A DNA stretch of 64,000 bases from Patescibacteria group bacterium (GTDB lineage: Bacteria > Patescibacteriota > Patescibacteriia > UBA10025 > JAHIVO01), in contig JBAZKE010000002.1 in assembly GCA_041650915.1 (NCBI GenBank), forward strand, positions 80,638 through 144,637, written 5' to 3'. Made by a program: the position numbers and the translations under genes. Below are positions 7,081-17,328 of the stretch, piece by piece. Under the pieces are notes generated by a model. The model was not told where the DNA came from. It saw nothing but the letters and a program-made list of their open reading frames with translations, and searched no databases. The stretch's first letter is position 1. Each line of letters opens with the position of its first letter.

Positions 7081-8706
7081 TTACACCTCCATGAAGTTTG
7101 CGTCCGAACACCGTATCGTGATCGGCGACGACGCCTTACTGAACGTGCGCTCATGGCGCTGGACATACGTCTTGCCGGGCGGAATCCTCCAGCCGCTTTT
7201 TGACCTGGCAAGCTCATGCGCCGTTTTACTTGCCGTATATCCATCAGGGAGCCGGCGAAACCGCGCACGCATGATTCGAACCTCATCGCGCCTGGCCTGC
7301 CGGATGCACCGGACCATGGAACATCCTGGAACGGCTTCGACACTGCGCTGTTCGTCATCGGAGCCGACCACGATCGCGTGGAGCGCATAGACGATGACAC
7401 ACAGCAATACTTCGCGCAGATACCCGAGATCGGATTCGTAGGCATTCTCAAGCACGTGGTCATTGACAATGAGCTGAAAATCGACAAGCTCAGCCGGAAA
7501 CCAGCAGAGCGCATACGCGTCCTTGCGGACGCCGATCTTCAAGCCGCAGTTCGGAAACTCATGCCCGTTCGGATAAAAGGCAACGGCACGAATCCCGGAA
7601 AACCGCAGCGCGCTCAGGTCAATTTCGACCCGATCATGCCCGTCGGGCAAGAGTTCGCACTGCACGTTGTCGCGGATCTCATCGCACATGCGCCGAAAGG
7701 CGGCTCGCAAATCGTTTTGTCGGTCCACAAACCGCTCCTTAAATGCCCGGCTCTCGCGATACATCCGATCCTTGCTGGCGCGGTCAGCCGTGATGAAGTC
7801 AACCAGCGGCTGCTCGCAGTCATCAGGAATGAGAATGTGAGGCTTCTGAAAATCAAACTGCCCTGGCACTGGTTCCGCCGCAACTGCGGACTCCCCCTGC
7901 CGTTCGTCCAGCCACGCGGGGGTATAGATGGCGATGCTCCGATTGAGCGACGCGAGCAACTCGAGTATGCCCCTCAAGTAGTCATCGACATCACGATCTC
8001 CCTTGCCGGCTGCCCGAATCAGATTAACGATCCACCGCTTCGACGAAAAAGCTTCATCACACGGCAACACGGCGGCCTGTATCGTGATTCTCGCGAACAA
8101 CGGCGGCCGCTGCCCAAAATAAGCGCTTTGCTTCGCTTCCGGAAGCGAGATGCCGTGCTCGATGGTGGAGCTGATCTCGCGAAACAGAAGCTCACAGAAC
8201 CGCTTGGTGTTCTCGATTGATTCGCCGATCGCCCTGAAGATGAAACCGGACGTTGCCGAACAAACGCATACATACTCACGCGAAACATTTTCTGCCGGAG
8301 TCATCGCGACCTCCAGTAGCGACAGATCCCCCTTCGCAAGGCTGCGAAGGGCAATCTTGGAAATCAACTCAACGTAGGCTGGCGTATCAATTCGCCCGGC
8401 GAGCTTGCAGTAGCGCTTCGCGACAAAATTGAGTATCTTCCTGAAAATGGCCCTGCAATCACCTCCCGATACGCTGCCGTCGCTCGTACCGAACATAGAC
8501 TCGTAGATGCCGCCAACGGCCTGATTGGACAACTCGCCCGTGCGTCCCGACAATACTTCCGCCAGAAAATTCCCCAGGATTTGGTTCGCGCCTCCATCGG
8601 CGTGATTGGTTCCCTTCTTTTTCTTGTTCCTGTTTTTGGAGCTCAAGGCAGCCCCTCCTTTCTCTCTCGATCTATATGTATATTCTATTTTCAATGTTCC
8701 GATCAC
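7081..8706 (-). CDS. hypothetical protein (up to 541 aa)
   Basis: Long ORF filling the gap between genes; no family recognised; start uncertain. Confidence 0.65.
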   Translation of the reverse strand: MIGTLKIEYTYRSREKGGAALSSKNRNKKKKGTNHADGGANQILGNFLAEVLSGRTGELSNQAVGGIYESMFGTSDGSVSGGDCRAIFRKILNFVAKRYCKLAGRIDTPAYVELISKIALRSLAKGDLSLLEVAMTPAENVSREYVCVCSATSGFIFRAIGESIENTKRFCELLFREISSTIEHGISLPEAKQSAYFGQRPPLFARITIQAAVLPCDEAFSSKRWIVNLIRAAGKGDRDVDDYLRGILELLASLNRSIAIYTPAWLDERQGESAVAAEPVPGQFDFQKPHILIPDDCEQPLVDFITADRASKDRMYRESRAFKERFVDRQNDLRAAFRRMCDEIRDNVQCELLPDGHDRVEIDLSALRFSGIRAVAFYPNGHEFPNCGLKIGVRKDAYALCWFPAELVDFQLIVNDHVLENAYESDLGYLREVLLCVIVYALHAIVVGSDDEQRSVEAVPGCSMVRCIRQARRDEVRIMRARFRRLPDGYTASKTAHELARSKSGWRIPPGKTYVQRHERTFSKASSPITIRCSDANFMEV

Positions 8707-8775
8707 CCAACGTACCAGAAAACGGACTCCCCGTCAAGTACAATCGCATTGATTATTCAGTACTTTTTCAGTACA

Positions 8776-10266
8776 ATGAAAGCACGGAACCGTATGCGTG
8801 CAATCCAAAACCTCCTCAGAAAAAAAGAGCTCTCGTTCATCCCGAAACTCCTCAAGCGGCTGCCGAGAGCCGAGCTCTTTTTGGTTGGCGGCATCATCCG
8901 CGATACGGCGGTGAAGCGTCCGTCAAAAGACTTCGACTTCGTTATCCGCAACGTCGGGGCAGCCAAACTCCAGTCGGAGCTCAAGAAGCTTGGGTGGGTT
9001 GACCTTGTCGGAAAGCGGTTCGGCGTATTCAAGTTTATCCCACAAGGCCTCACGCTCCCTGAACCGATCGATCTGGCGCTGCCGCGTACCGAGCATGCGC
9101 TCCTGACCGGCGGATACCGCGACTTCGACGTGCAATCAGACCCCAAGCTGCCCATTGAGCAGGACCTCATGCGCCGCGATTTTACCATCAATGCGATGGC
9201 ATACGACATCAGAGAGCAAAAGCTCATTGACCGGTTCGGCGGCATGCATGACATCAAAAAAAAGCTGATCAGGACGGTTGGCAAGCCCAACGAACGCTTT
9301 ACCGAAGATTTGTCCCGTATGCTCCGCGCGCTCCGGTTTGCGTCACAGCTGCACTTTTCAATCGAAACGCAAACCTGGCGCTCGCTCAAGAAGCTCAGCG
9401 CGCGCATCAACAAGCTCATCGCCGGAGAATACGTCGTACCGCGTGAAACCGTCGCACGCGAGCTGACAAAGGCGCTCACCGCAGATCCCGTATACGCAAT
9501 CGGGCTCCTCACAAAATCCGGCATCACCGAAAAGCTCATGCCTGAACTCATGAAGATGAAAGGGTGCCGGCAGCCGCGGAACTTCCACAGCGAGGGAGAC
9601 GTGTGGAAACATACGATGATTTGCATGCAAAACCTCTACTCAAATCCGTTCAAAAAAAAATTCGGCCCCGAGCCGCCCTCACCGGAACTCATCTACGCGG
9701 CGCTGCTCCACGATATCGGCAAACCGTACACGATAGAGCGGGCTGACCGGCTGCGGTTCAACAACCATGACGCCGTGGGGGCCGAGCTCTCAAAAAAAAT
9801 CCTATCGCGCCTGAGGATATCCTCGTCGGGCGTCGATACGGACCGGATCGTATGGCTCATACGGATGCACCTCATCACCACCCACTCCAAAAAATCACCA
9901 ATGAAAAAGACGACGCTCGAAAAATACTTTTTCAACGACCAACTGCCCGGAGGAGACCTGCTAAGGCTCCTGTACGCTGACGTGCAGGCGACGATCCCGC
10001 CGAGCGGCTGCCCGGATTTTACCGAGCACCATGCGCTCGAACAGCAGATAAAAAAACTCAGCCCGGAAGCACGCCACAGGCGTTCATTGCCGCCCGTGAT
10101 CATGGACGGCAATGAGATCATGCAGCAGCTCCGCATGGAACCGGGACCGGCCGTCGGGCAGCTCAAGACGCTCCTGCGCGAAGAGCAGCTCCGCGGCGGC
10201 CTCAAGACAAAAAAACAAGCAATGGAATTCCTCAAAAAGCATGCCAACATTCGACGTTACGCCTGA
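8776..10266 (+). CDS. cca: CCA tRNA nucleotidyltransferase / poly(A) polymerase family with HD domain
   Basis: LVGGIIRD, DFDF, DLMRRDFTINAMA, EDLSRMLRALRF and LLHDIGK motifs. Confidence 0.9.
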   Translation: MKARNRMRAIQNLLRKKELSFIPKLLKRLPRAELFLVGGIIRDTAVKRPSKDFDFVIRNVGAAKLQSELKKLGWVDLVGKRFGVFKFIPQGLTLPEPIDLALPRTEHALLTGGYRDFDVQSDPKLPIEQDLMRRDFTINAMAYDIREQKLIDRFGGMHDIKKKLIRTVGKPNERFTEDLSRMLRALRFASQLHFSIETQTWRSLKKLSARINKLIAGEYVVPRETVARELTKALTADPVYAIGLLTKSGITEKLMPELMKMKGCRQPRNFHSEGDVWKHTMICMQNLYSNPFKKKFGPEPPSPELIYAALLHDIGKPYTIERADRLRFNNHDAVGAELSKKILSRLRISSSGVDTDRIVWLIRMHLITTHSKKSPMKKTTLEKYFFNDQLPGGDLLRLLYADVQATIPPSGCPDFTEHHALEQQIKKLSPEARHRRSLPPVIMDGNEIMQQLRMEPGPAVGQLKTLLREEQLRGGLKTKKQAMEFLKKHANIRRYA

Positions 10267-11200
10267 CAATGCCAAACAACGGCTCGATAAATTCTTGACC
10301 GAGCGGCTTCCGGGGCGCTCACGCTCACAGATCCAGAAGCTGATCAAGTCGGGCGGCGTTGCCGTAAACGGAAAAACCGTGGCAGTCCACCACTTCTTGA
10401 GGGCAAAAGACTCCGTGAGCATTGATGATGCGAAGGTGCGCGAAGCAGCCGGCGGCGGTTTCATGAAAAAATTACTGCAACGGCAGCTGGCGCCGGAACT
10501 GGCGATTGTCCACGACGCTGGGGACTTCTGCGTGGTTAATAAGCCGGCCGGGCTGCTCGTCCATGAAGCGCCGGGCGATACAGGCACGACGCTTGTCGAC
10601 CTGATCCTGAAAAAATTCCCTTCGGTAAAAAAAGTCGGGGAAGACCCGATGCGCCCCGGCATCGTGCACCGACTTGATAAGGAGGTGTCCGGTCTCCTCG
10701 TCATCGCGAAAACGCAAAATATGTTTGACCACCTTAAAAACCAGTTCAAGCAGCGGAAGGTGGCGAAGGAGTACACCGCGCTCGTCCACGGCGCGCCCCA
10801 GCGGCACGGCGGCGAGATTACGTTTAACATTGACCGGAGCGAAACCGCAGGCCACAAGATGGCTGCGGTGCCGATAACAGGCTCAGACAACCGCGGCAAA
10901 CGTGCGGTAACTCAATTTGAAACTATTGAAAAAATTGGCAACTTCACGTTGCTCAAGATCATGCCAAAGACGGGCCGGACGCACCAAATCCGCGTCCACC
11001 TCAACGCGTATGGGCTGCCGATCGTCGGCGACCTTACGTACCGGCCGAAGAAGGTCATCTCAAAAATCGAAATGAAGCGCATCTTCCTGCACGCGAACCA
11101 CCTCGAATTCAACGACGTGAACGGGATCCGCCGGTCCTTTGATGCGCCGCTGCCCGATGAACTGGCGACCGTACTGTCACGGCTTAAAAGCCAGAGTTGA
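10241..11200 (+). CDS. rluD: RluA/RluD family pseudouridine synthase with S4 domain
   Basis: RLDKFL S4 domain, NKPAGL, HRLDKEVSG, GRTHQIRVH. Confidence 0.9.
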   Translation: MPTFDVTPDNAKQRLDKFLTERLPGRSRSQIQKLIKSGGVAVNGKTVAVHHFLRAKDSVSIDDAKVREAAGGGFMKKLLQRQLAPELAIVHDAGDFCVVNKPAGLLVHEAPGDTGTTLVDLILKKFPSVKKVGEDPMRPGIVHRLDKEVSGLLVIAKTQNMFDHLKNQFKQRKVAKEYTALVHGAPQRHGGEITFNIDRSETAGHKMAAVPITGSDNRGKRAVTQFETIEKIGNFTLLKIMPKTGRTHQIRVHLNAYGLPIVGDLTYRPKKVISKIEMKRIFLHANHLEFNDVNGIRRSFDAPLPDELATVLSRLKSQS

Positions 11201-11225
11201 CAGCTCGCATGAAAATCGCTATGCT
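11197..11225 (+). promoter_or_regulatory. sigma70-like promoter of rplS-tRNA unit
   Basis: TTGACA-N17-TATGCT. Confidence 0.65.
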
Positions 11226-11261
11226 GATGAAGCTAACTATTTCTAATTGACGAATAAAGCA

Positions 11262-11600
11262 ATGACAATCGCACACGAACTCAACAAATCGAAGCTCAAG
11301 AGCGGCATACCGGATATCCGGCCGGGTAATACGGTCATCGTACACCAGAAGATTCAGGAGGGTAAAAAAGAGCGCATCCAGAAATTCGAAGGGATTGTAA
11401 TCGCCCACAAGGGCGGCGGCGGCCTCGCGAGCACCATTACCGTTCGCAAATTATCGATGGGAATCGGCGTTGAAAAAATTTTTCCCCTGCACTCTCCGAC
11501 CATTACAAAAATAGAGGTTATTAAAAAAGCGAAGGTCAGGCGCTCAAAGCTGTACTACCTCCGCGGGTACAAGAAGAAGCTCGAAGAAACCGCAGTCTAA
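11262..11600 (+). CDS. rplS: 50S ribosomal protein L19
   Basis: [35 protein letters not shown]. Confidence 0.97.
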   Translation: MTIAHELNKSKLKSGIPDIRPGNTVIVHQKIQEGKKERIQKFEGIVIAHKGGGGLASTITVRKLSMGIGVEKIFPLHSPTITKIEVIKKAKVRRSKLYYLRGYKKKLEETAV

Positions 11601-11620
11601 AACCTCACCATTCAATGCAT

Positions 11621-11706
11621 GCCCAGGTGGTGGAATTGGTATACACACTAGGTTGAGGGCCTAGGCACATTTGTGCGTGCGGGTTCAACTCCCGCCCTGG
11701 GCACCA
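11621..11706 (+). tRNA. tRNA-Leu(GAG)
   Basis: Anticodon arm CTAGG-TTGAGGG-CCTAG, long variable arm, CCA end. Confidence 0.95.
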
Positions 11707-11707
11707 T

Positions 11708-11783
11708 GGTGGCTATAGCACAATGGTTCGTGCACCGGTCTGTGGCACCGGCAATGAGGGTTCGATTCCCTCTAGCCACCCCA
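11708..11783 (+). tRNA. tRNA-His(GTG)
   Basis: G-1:C73, anticodon arm CCGGT-CTGTGGC-ACCGG, CCA end. Confidence 0.95.
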
Positions 11784-11988
11784 GAAAAAGTTACGACACC
11801 CCTTGCGGGTGGCGGAACTTTTTTTGATATAACTTGAAGAGGGAATCGAACGGGCAGAAGCGACCCTGAACTTGATTCAGGGGAGCGCCGGCGAATGCAA
11901 GCTGGCGCAGCATTCGGCGCTGCCCAGGACAAGGCTCCGCAGGAGCCGCGATAATCCCCCGAGCCGCCCTAGAAAAATTTTCAGCACC
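11784..11988 (+). repeat. tRNA-His 3' module with a degenerate copy of the tRNA 3' end
   Basis: Anti-T-arm AGAGGGAATCGAAC at 11838-11851, GGGCAG/CTGCCC core. 11953-11988 matches 11765-11800 at 27 of 36 positions by my alignment. Confidence 0.8.
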
Positions 11989-12143
11989 TACGCGCGGATA
12001 AAAAACTTTTTATTGTGTGCTCATCACGCCGGCAAAGCATAAAACTCCCGTCCTGCTAAAGGAAGATTGGAATTTACCAACACATCAATGCATAACCGCA
12101 TGTATTCTGATATACTTACCGTATCCCTGTAAATATAATTCTT

Positions 12144-14705
12144 ATGGATTTCTCCTCCTACGCCACCAAAACGGTTACTAAGACCGCCGCTGAACTGACA
12201 ACGTCCATCCGCGGCCTGGCGAACGATGAAACCCTACGGCGGCGCCAACAGTACGGCTTTAACGAAATCGCGAGCGCAGAGCCCATGTGGTGGCACATAC
12301 TCCGGCGCCAGTTTACCTCACCCTTCATCTATCTGCTTATCGGCGCTGCGCTCCTCTCGTTCTTTCTTGACGAGGCAATCAATGGCATCTTGATCCTCTT
12401 GTTCGTGCTCCTGAATGCCGGACTCGGGTTTTACCAGGAGTATCATTCAGAAAAAACGCTCAAGCTCCTCAAACAATATGTAACGCTAAAAGTCAAAGTG
12501 AGGCGCGAGGGAGCGGAAGCGGTTGTGCTGAGCCGGGAACTAGTCCCCGGCGATGTTATCATCGTTGAGGCGGGCGATATTATCCCGGCTGATATTCGAT
12601 TTTTTAAGGACAACGACCTTCTTATCAATGAATCCGTGCTAACGGGCGAATCAATCCACGTATCCAAGTCCAGCGAACCTCTCAACAAGCCGATACGTGA
12701 ACTGTATAAGGCTTCAAATATCGGCTTTTCCGGCACCACGGTTGCTAGCGGGCGAGGTGAAGGGTACGTGTTTGCAATCGGCCGCGAAACGGCGATGGGC
12801 GCCATCTCACGCCTGAGTACGGAAACGGTACGCACAAGCACGTTTGAAAAAGGCATCCGTAAGGTCAGCTCGTTTATACTGCGGCTTATCCTGGTCACGC
12901 TCGTATTTGTCTTTATCGCCAATATCGCGATCAAGGGGGGAAGCGCAAACGTAATCGAAATGGTAGTCTTCTCGGTTGCGCTGGCAGTCAGCGTCATTCC
13001 CGAGGCGCTCCCGATCGTGACGACATTCTCGCTATCCCGCGGCGCCCTGCACCTGGCGAAAAATAAGGTTGTCGTAAAGCGGCTTTCCGCGATCGAAGAC
13101 CTCGGCGGCATCGAAGTGCTCTGCAGCGATAAAACCGGCACCCTGACTGAAAACAAACTCAAGGTCGAACGGGTAAAGACCCCCGACCCTCATGCGGGCG
13201 GCGAACGAAGCGCAATACGCTATGCAAGCCTAGCCTCGGAATTCTTTACAGAAAAACTGACAGGAAAAAACCCAAATAATGCATTCGATCTCGCGCTCCT
13301 CAATGAGCTGTCAGCCGAAGAAAAAAAATCCCTCAATGCGTATGCAATGGTCAATGAGGTGCCATTTGATCCGCAACGCCGACGAAATAGCGTCCTCGTC
13401 CAGCGCAATGACGCGCATGAGCTCATCGTGCGAGGCGCTCCGGAAGCGGTGCTGCCGTACTGCGCAGGCCTGAGTGCGCAACAGACGGGTGAATTCAACG
13501 CATGGATCGCCAATGAGGGGGCGGCTGGCTGCCGCGTACTTGCAATCGCACATAAAAAATTCGGCGCCCAACACGAATATACTACAAATCAGGAAGAAAG
13601 GGGGCTTTCACTGGATGGAATCATATCTTTTGCCGATCCGATTAAGGAAAGTACAAAGCAAACCATTACGCGGGCGCTGCGGCTTGGCGTCCAATTAAAA
13701 ATATTGACGGGGGACAGCAAGGAGGTCGCCGGTGCAGTCGCCCAAAAAGTCGGACTTATCACCGATCCGAAAGATGTCATAACCGGCGACCAGTTCCAAG
13801 CAATGCCTGATCTGCGCCAGCAAAAAGCAGTAGGCCAACACGCGGTTTTTGCGCGCATCTCGCCGGAGCAAAAATTCCGCATCATTGAGCTTCTCAAGCA
13901 AAAATTCGAGGTCGGGTTCCTCGGGGAGGGCATCAATGACGCGCCCGCTCTCAAATCCGCCAATGTCGGCCTGGTTGTCCAAGGCGCGTCGGACATCGCG
14001 CGCGAAGCTTCAGACGTTATCCTGCTTGAAAAGAGCCTCGGGGTCATCATCGACGGAATCACCGAGGGGCGAAAAGTTTTTGCGAACACGATTAAATATA
14101 TCAAGGCAACGCTCGCTTCAAATTTCGGCAATTTTTTTGCTGTCGCGATCGCCTCGCTCCTCATCGATTTCCTGCCGATGCTGCCGCTCCAGATTCTGCT
14201 CCTCAACCTCCTGTCCGATTTTCCCATGATAGCGATCGCTGCGGATACTGTTGATACGAATGAGCTCAAGAAACCTCGGAATTACAACATTCGTGAAATC
14301 GCGCTTCTTGCGCTCGTCCTGGGAATCGTCAGTACCGTGTTCGACTTTATTTTCTTCGCAATATTTTACCGGATCGGGCCGTCAGTGCTCCAGACCAACT
14401 GGTTTATTGGAAGCATCCTTACGGAGCTTGCTTTGCTTTTCTCTATTCGGACAAAATTCTTCTGCCTCCGCGCCCGCCGCCCGGCACGACCGCTCCTCTG
14501 GCTGTCAGTTGTGGCAGCCGTGGTCGCTATCGCGTTGCCGGCAACCGGAATCGGACAATCCCTCTTCAAATTCACCGCGCCGCACATGCATGACATTCTC
14601 CTCATTGTCGGAATTGTCGTCTGCTATTTCGTCATTACCGAAACCGTAAAATTATTCTACTACCGGACATTTGAGCCGAAAAATGCGCAGTTGAAGCGCG
14701 CCTGA
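12144..14705 (+). CDS. cation-transporting P-type ATPase (MgtA-like)
   Basis: TGES, PEAL, DKTGT, TGD, GEGIND and NLLSD motifs. Confidence 0.92.
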   Translation: MDFSSYATKTVTKTAAELTTSIRGLANDETLRRRQQYGFNEIASAEPMWWHILRRQFTSPFIYLLIGAALLSFFLDEAINGILILLFVLLNAGLGFYQEYHSEKTLKLLKQYVTLKVKVRREGAEAVVLSRELVPGDVIIVEAGDIIPADIRFFKDNDLLINESVLTGESIHVSKSSEPLNKPIRELYKASNIGFSGTTVASGRGEGYVFAIGRETAMGAISRLSTETVRTSTFEKGIRKVSSFILRLILVTLVFVFIANIAIKGGSANVIEMVVFSVALAVSVIPEALPIVTTFSLSRGALHLAKNKVVVKRLSAIEDLGGIEVLCSDKTGTLTENKLKVERVKTPDPHAGGERSAIRYASLASEFFTEKLTGKNPNNAFDLALLNELSAEEKKSLNAYAMVNEVPFDPQRRRNSVLVQRNDAHELIVRGAPEAVLPYCAGLSAQQTGEFNAWIANEGAAGCRVLAIAHKKFGAQHEYTTNQEERGLSLDGIISFADPIKESTKQTITRALRLGVQLKILTGDSKEVAGAVAQKVGLITDPKDVITGDQFQAMPDLRQQKAVGQHAVFARISPEQKFRIIELLKQKFEVGFLGEGINDAPALKSANVGLVVQGASDIAREASDVILLEKSLGVIIDGITEGRKVFANTIKYIKATLASNFGNFFAVAIASLLIDFLPMLPLQILLLNLLSDFPMIAIAADTVDTNELKKPRNYNIREIALLALVLGIVSTVFDFIFFAIFYRIGPSVLQTNWFIGSILTELALLFSIRTKFFCLRARRPARPLLWLSVVAAVVAIALPATGIGQSLFKFTAPHMHDILLIVGIVVCYFVITETVKLFYYRTFEPKNAQLKRA

Positions 14706-14933
14706 TGTGCTTCGTCGCTAAACAAAACCGGCATGGACTTACATCATCAATAACCTCCATAAGCTTTGTTCAATCAAATTTCCGACTGCGATCGTAAAAA
14801 AATTCAGCCCCTCAAGCGGGGATAGAATGTTTTACTATTGGGGACATGCACATCCCTGCTCCGCTATTCCGCCTATACCAAAAGGCGCCTGCCACTGTGG
14901 CCTGCGCCTTTTCGTTTATAATTCAGGGTTGAA

Positions 14934-15131
14934 CTATGCTTTGCTGACCTTGACCGCTGCGGGGCCCTTGGGCGTGTCCGAGATCTCGAACGTGACTGCA
15001 TCACCCTCTTGGAGCTCGCTGAACGTGACTCCCTGGAGCTCATTGGCGTGGAAGAACAGGTCTTTCGCCTGGCCCTCAGCCGAGATGAACCCGAAGTTCT
15101 TGTCGGTCAACTTTTTGATCGTTCCTTGCAT
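14934..15131 (-). CDS. cold-shock protein
   Basis: KNFGFI, DLFFH and KGPAA RNP motifs. Confidence 0.95.
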   Translation of the reverse strand: MQGTIKKLTDKNFGFISAEGQAKDLFFHANELQGVTFSELQEGDAVTFEISDTPKGPAAVKVSKA

Positions 15132-15500
15132 GTGTGTAGAAATAAAATTGAATTAGATAATATAGTAATTTCGAAATTCGACTTTATTTCTATACTTACT
15201 ATACGCTGTGGACAAGCCAGCGATAATTTTAAAATCAAACTATCAGCTGGATTGTTCACGGGCATGGTATCACTCTTCTAAAACTTTGTCAAGGATACGT
15301 TCTGAAGAGATAGGAGTGGGTGGTGTAATTTTTTTATCATTGGATTGCTGAACAAGCTCGCACATGACCCTGCCGCAGCCGCGCCAAAAAACTTGATTTT
15401 TTTCCTGGAGTATTGTACGATTGGATAATCACAAAAACCTTTGCTAAAGGCCTGCGAATCCAGCGGTCTTTTTTTACGGCAGGATGTGACAGATAAAAAT

Positions 15501-16505
15501 ATGAAACCAATTCCACGGACAGAACTCAACTGCGTCGGAGCGCTCCGCAGAGCGGCAGAGAAACTTGGCGTTGAGGTAGAAACGATTGATCGCGATGCCG
15601 GACTGCAGCTTTTTAAATACGGCACGGAAAGTTTTTTTGTACAGCGGCATATTCCGGATCTCAACACGTTTGTCCCCTCGAAAATAGTCAGCGATAAATA
15701 CCTAGCGAAAACAATCCTGGTGCAAGCAGGCATTCCCACTCCGCGCGGATTTAAATTCACAAATCTCCAAAAAGCCATCAAGCTGCTCGAAAACGGTACG
15801 ATTAAATTTCCGCTCGTCGTGAAACCCATCGAGGGGAGCGAAGGCGAGGCGGTCACGGTCGACATCACTAAACGGGAATGGTTCGTCACGGCAATCCAAG
15901 AGGTTTTTAAGTACAACCGGAGGAAAACCGGAAAGCCGGGCACCTTCTTGGTTGAAGACTACATTGCCGGCAATGATTACCGCTTCTTGGTGCTCGACGG
16001 CAAACTCCTGGCGGTCCTGATGCGCAAGCCGGCGTACGTTATCGGTGACGGAGTACACACGATCTCGGAGCTCATCGCTGAATATAATGGTCAGCCGGGG
16101 GTCGCGAAAGACCAGCCGCTCTGCCCCATTGTCAAAGATTTTGAGCTCAAGCGGAACCTGCTGAGCCTGAACCTGTCCCTCACAACGGTCGTGCCTCCGG
16201 GGAAGCAAGTATTCCTGAGAAAAAATTCTAACGTCAGCACCGGCGGCCGGTCGTTTGAATGCTACGAAAAAGCGGCTGCAGATTATAAAAAACTTGCGTT
16301 AAAAATCGCTCCCCTGTTCCGCCTCCGCTTTTACGCAGTTGATCTCATTGCAAAAGACATTAGCGAGTATAAAAATTTTGCAATCATCGAAATAAACAAT
16401 TCCCCCGGCTTTGACATACATGAAGCGCCGTACCGGGGGAAGTCCTTCCCGGTTGCGGAACACTTGGTGCGAGCCATGTTCAGGAAGAGCATGGGGCAGA
16501 AGTAG
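15501..16505 (+). CDS. stand-alone ATP-grasp ligase (cyanophycin synthetase/GshAB-like domain)
   Basis: DKYLAK, PLVVKP, DYRFLV, VIGDG, NVSTGG and IIEINNSPG motifs. Confidence 0.85.
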   Translation: MKPIPRTELNCVGALRRAAEKLGVEVETIDRDAGLQLFKYGTESFFVQRHIPDLNTFVPSKIVSDKYLAKTILVQAGIPTPRGFKFTNLQKAIKLLENGTIKFPLVVKPIEGSEGEAVTVDITKREWFVTAIQEVFKYNRRKTGKPGTFLVEDYIAGNDYRFLVLDGKLLAVLMRKPAYVIGDGVHTISELIAEYNGQPGVAKDQPLCPIVKDFELKRNLLSLNLSLTTVVPPGKQVFLRKNSNVSTGGRSFECYEKAAADYKKLALKIAPLFRLRFYAVDLIAKDISEYKNFAIIEINNSPGFDIHEAPYRGKSFPVAEHLVRAMFRKSMGQK

Positions 16506-16601
16506 GGGCGGGCATCCGTAAGGAAGCATCGGCTGCTCGGTGGAGATAAAAATATTTTTTTGCGCATGGGGGTTGAACGAGGAAAATTGCACCGCAAGCC
16601 A

Positions 16602-17210
16602 ATGGGCAATAAAAAAATTAAGGGGATCGGCTTTGACTATTCTGGGGTTGTCGCCGGCATATCGGGCGCCCAGTTGTCCAATGCCATGTGCGAAATATTG
16701 AATGTGGCGTCCGAAGAATATAAGCGCCACTACTATAGCATCAACCACATTTTGAATACCGGGCACGTGAACCGTGACGATTTTTGGAAATTATTGCTCA
16801 AAAGACTCGGCAAAACCGACAAGCATGCGGAAGTCATACAATACCTTGACCGCATCCCTGCCCATAAAATAAATGAGGGGGTATTACATGTTGTACGCGG
16901 ATTACAATTGAGGGGATATAAGCTGGGATTACTCAGCAATTGTAATTATACGCAGGCCAAAAACATCAAAGAAAAACTTGCTGGGCATTTTGATGCGGTG
17001 GTCCTGTCAAGTGAAATAGGATTTATGAAACCATCGGTTGAAGCATACAATATTTTTTTTCATGCCTTGGGGGTTGAACCCTCGCAAGCTGTTTTTATCG
17101 ACGACGCGGAGCAGAATTTAATACCCTCAGATGAATTGGGATTCAAGCCCATTCTATTCACCGGCGTTGAATCGCTGCAAAAAGCTCTGGCAGATTTTGG
17201 CATTTGTTGA
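16602..17210 (+). CDS. HAD superfamily phosphatase
   Basis: FDYSGV, LLSN, MKP and FIDD motifs. Confidence 0.88.
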   Translation: MGNKKIKGIGFDYSGVVAGISGAQLSNAMCEILNVASEEYKRHYYSINHILNTGHVNRDDFWKLLLKRLGKTDKHAEVIQYLDRIPAHKINEGVLHVVRGLQLRGYKLGLLSNCNYTQAKNIKEKLAGHFDAVVLSSEIGFMKPSVEAYNIFFHALGVEPSQAVFIDDAEQNLIPSDELGFKPILFTGVESLQKALADFGIC

Positions 17211-17328
17211 TAGGCCGCTCTCCCGGCGATCAAACGATATCCGTGACCACATGCTCGCTAGCCAAGCAAATCGTCATACAATTTTACGCAACTTTTTGCT
17301 ATACTAGAAAGCAGATCGCCCAGAGAAT

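Noticed and set aside
7216-8220. 334-aa + strand ORF and similar long antisense ORFs (8757-9626, 10084-10899, 62059-62829)
   Set aside because: They are shadows of better-supported genes on the other strand and show no motifs.
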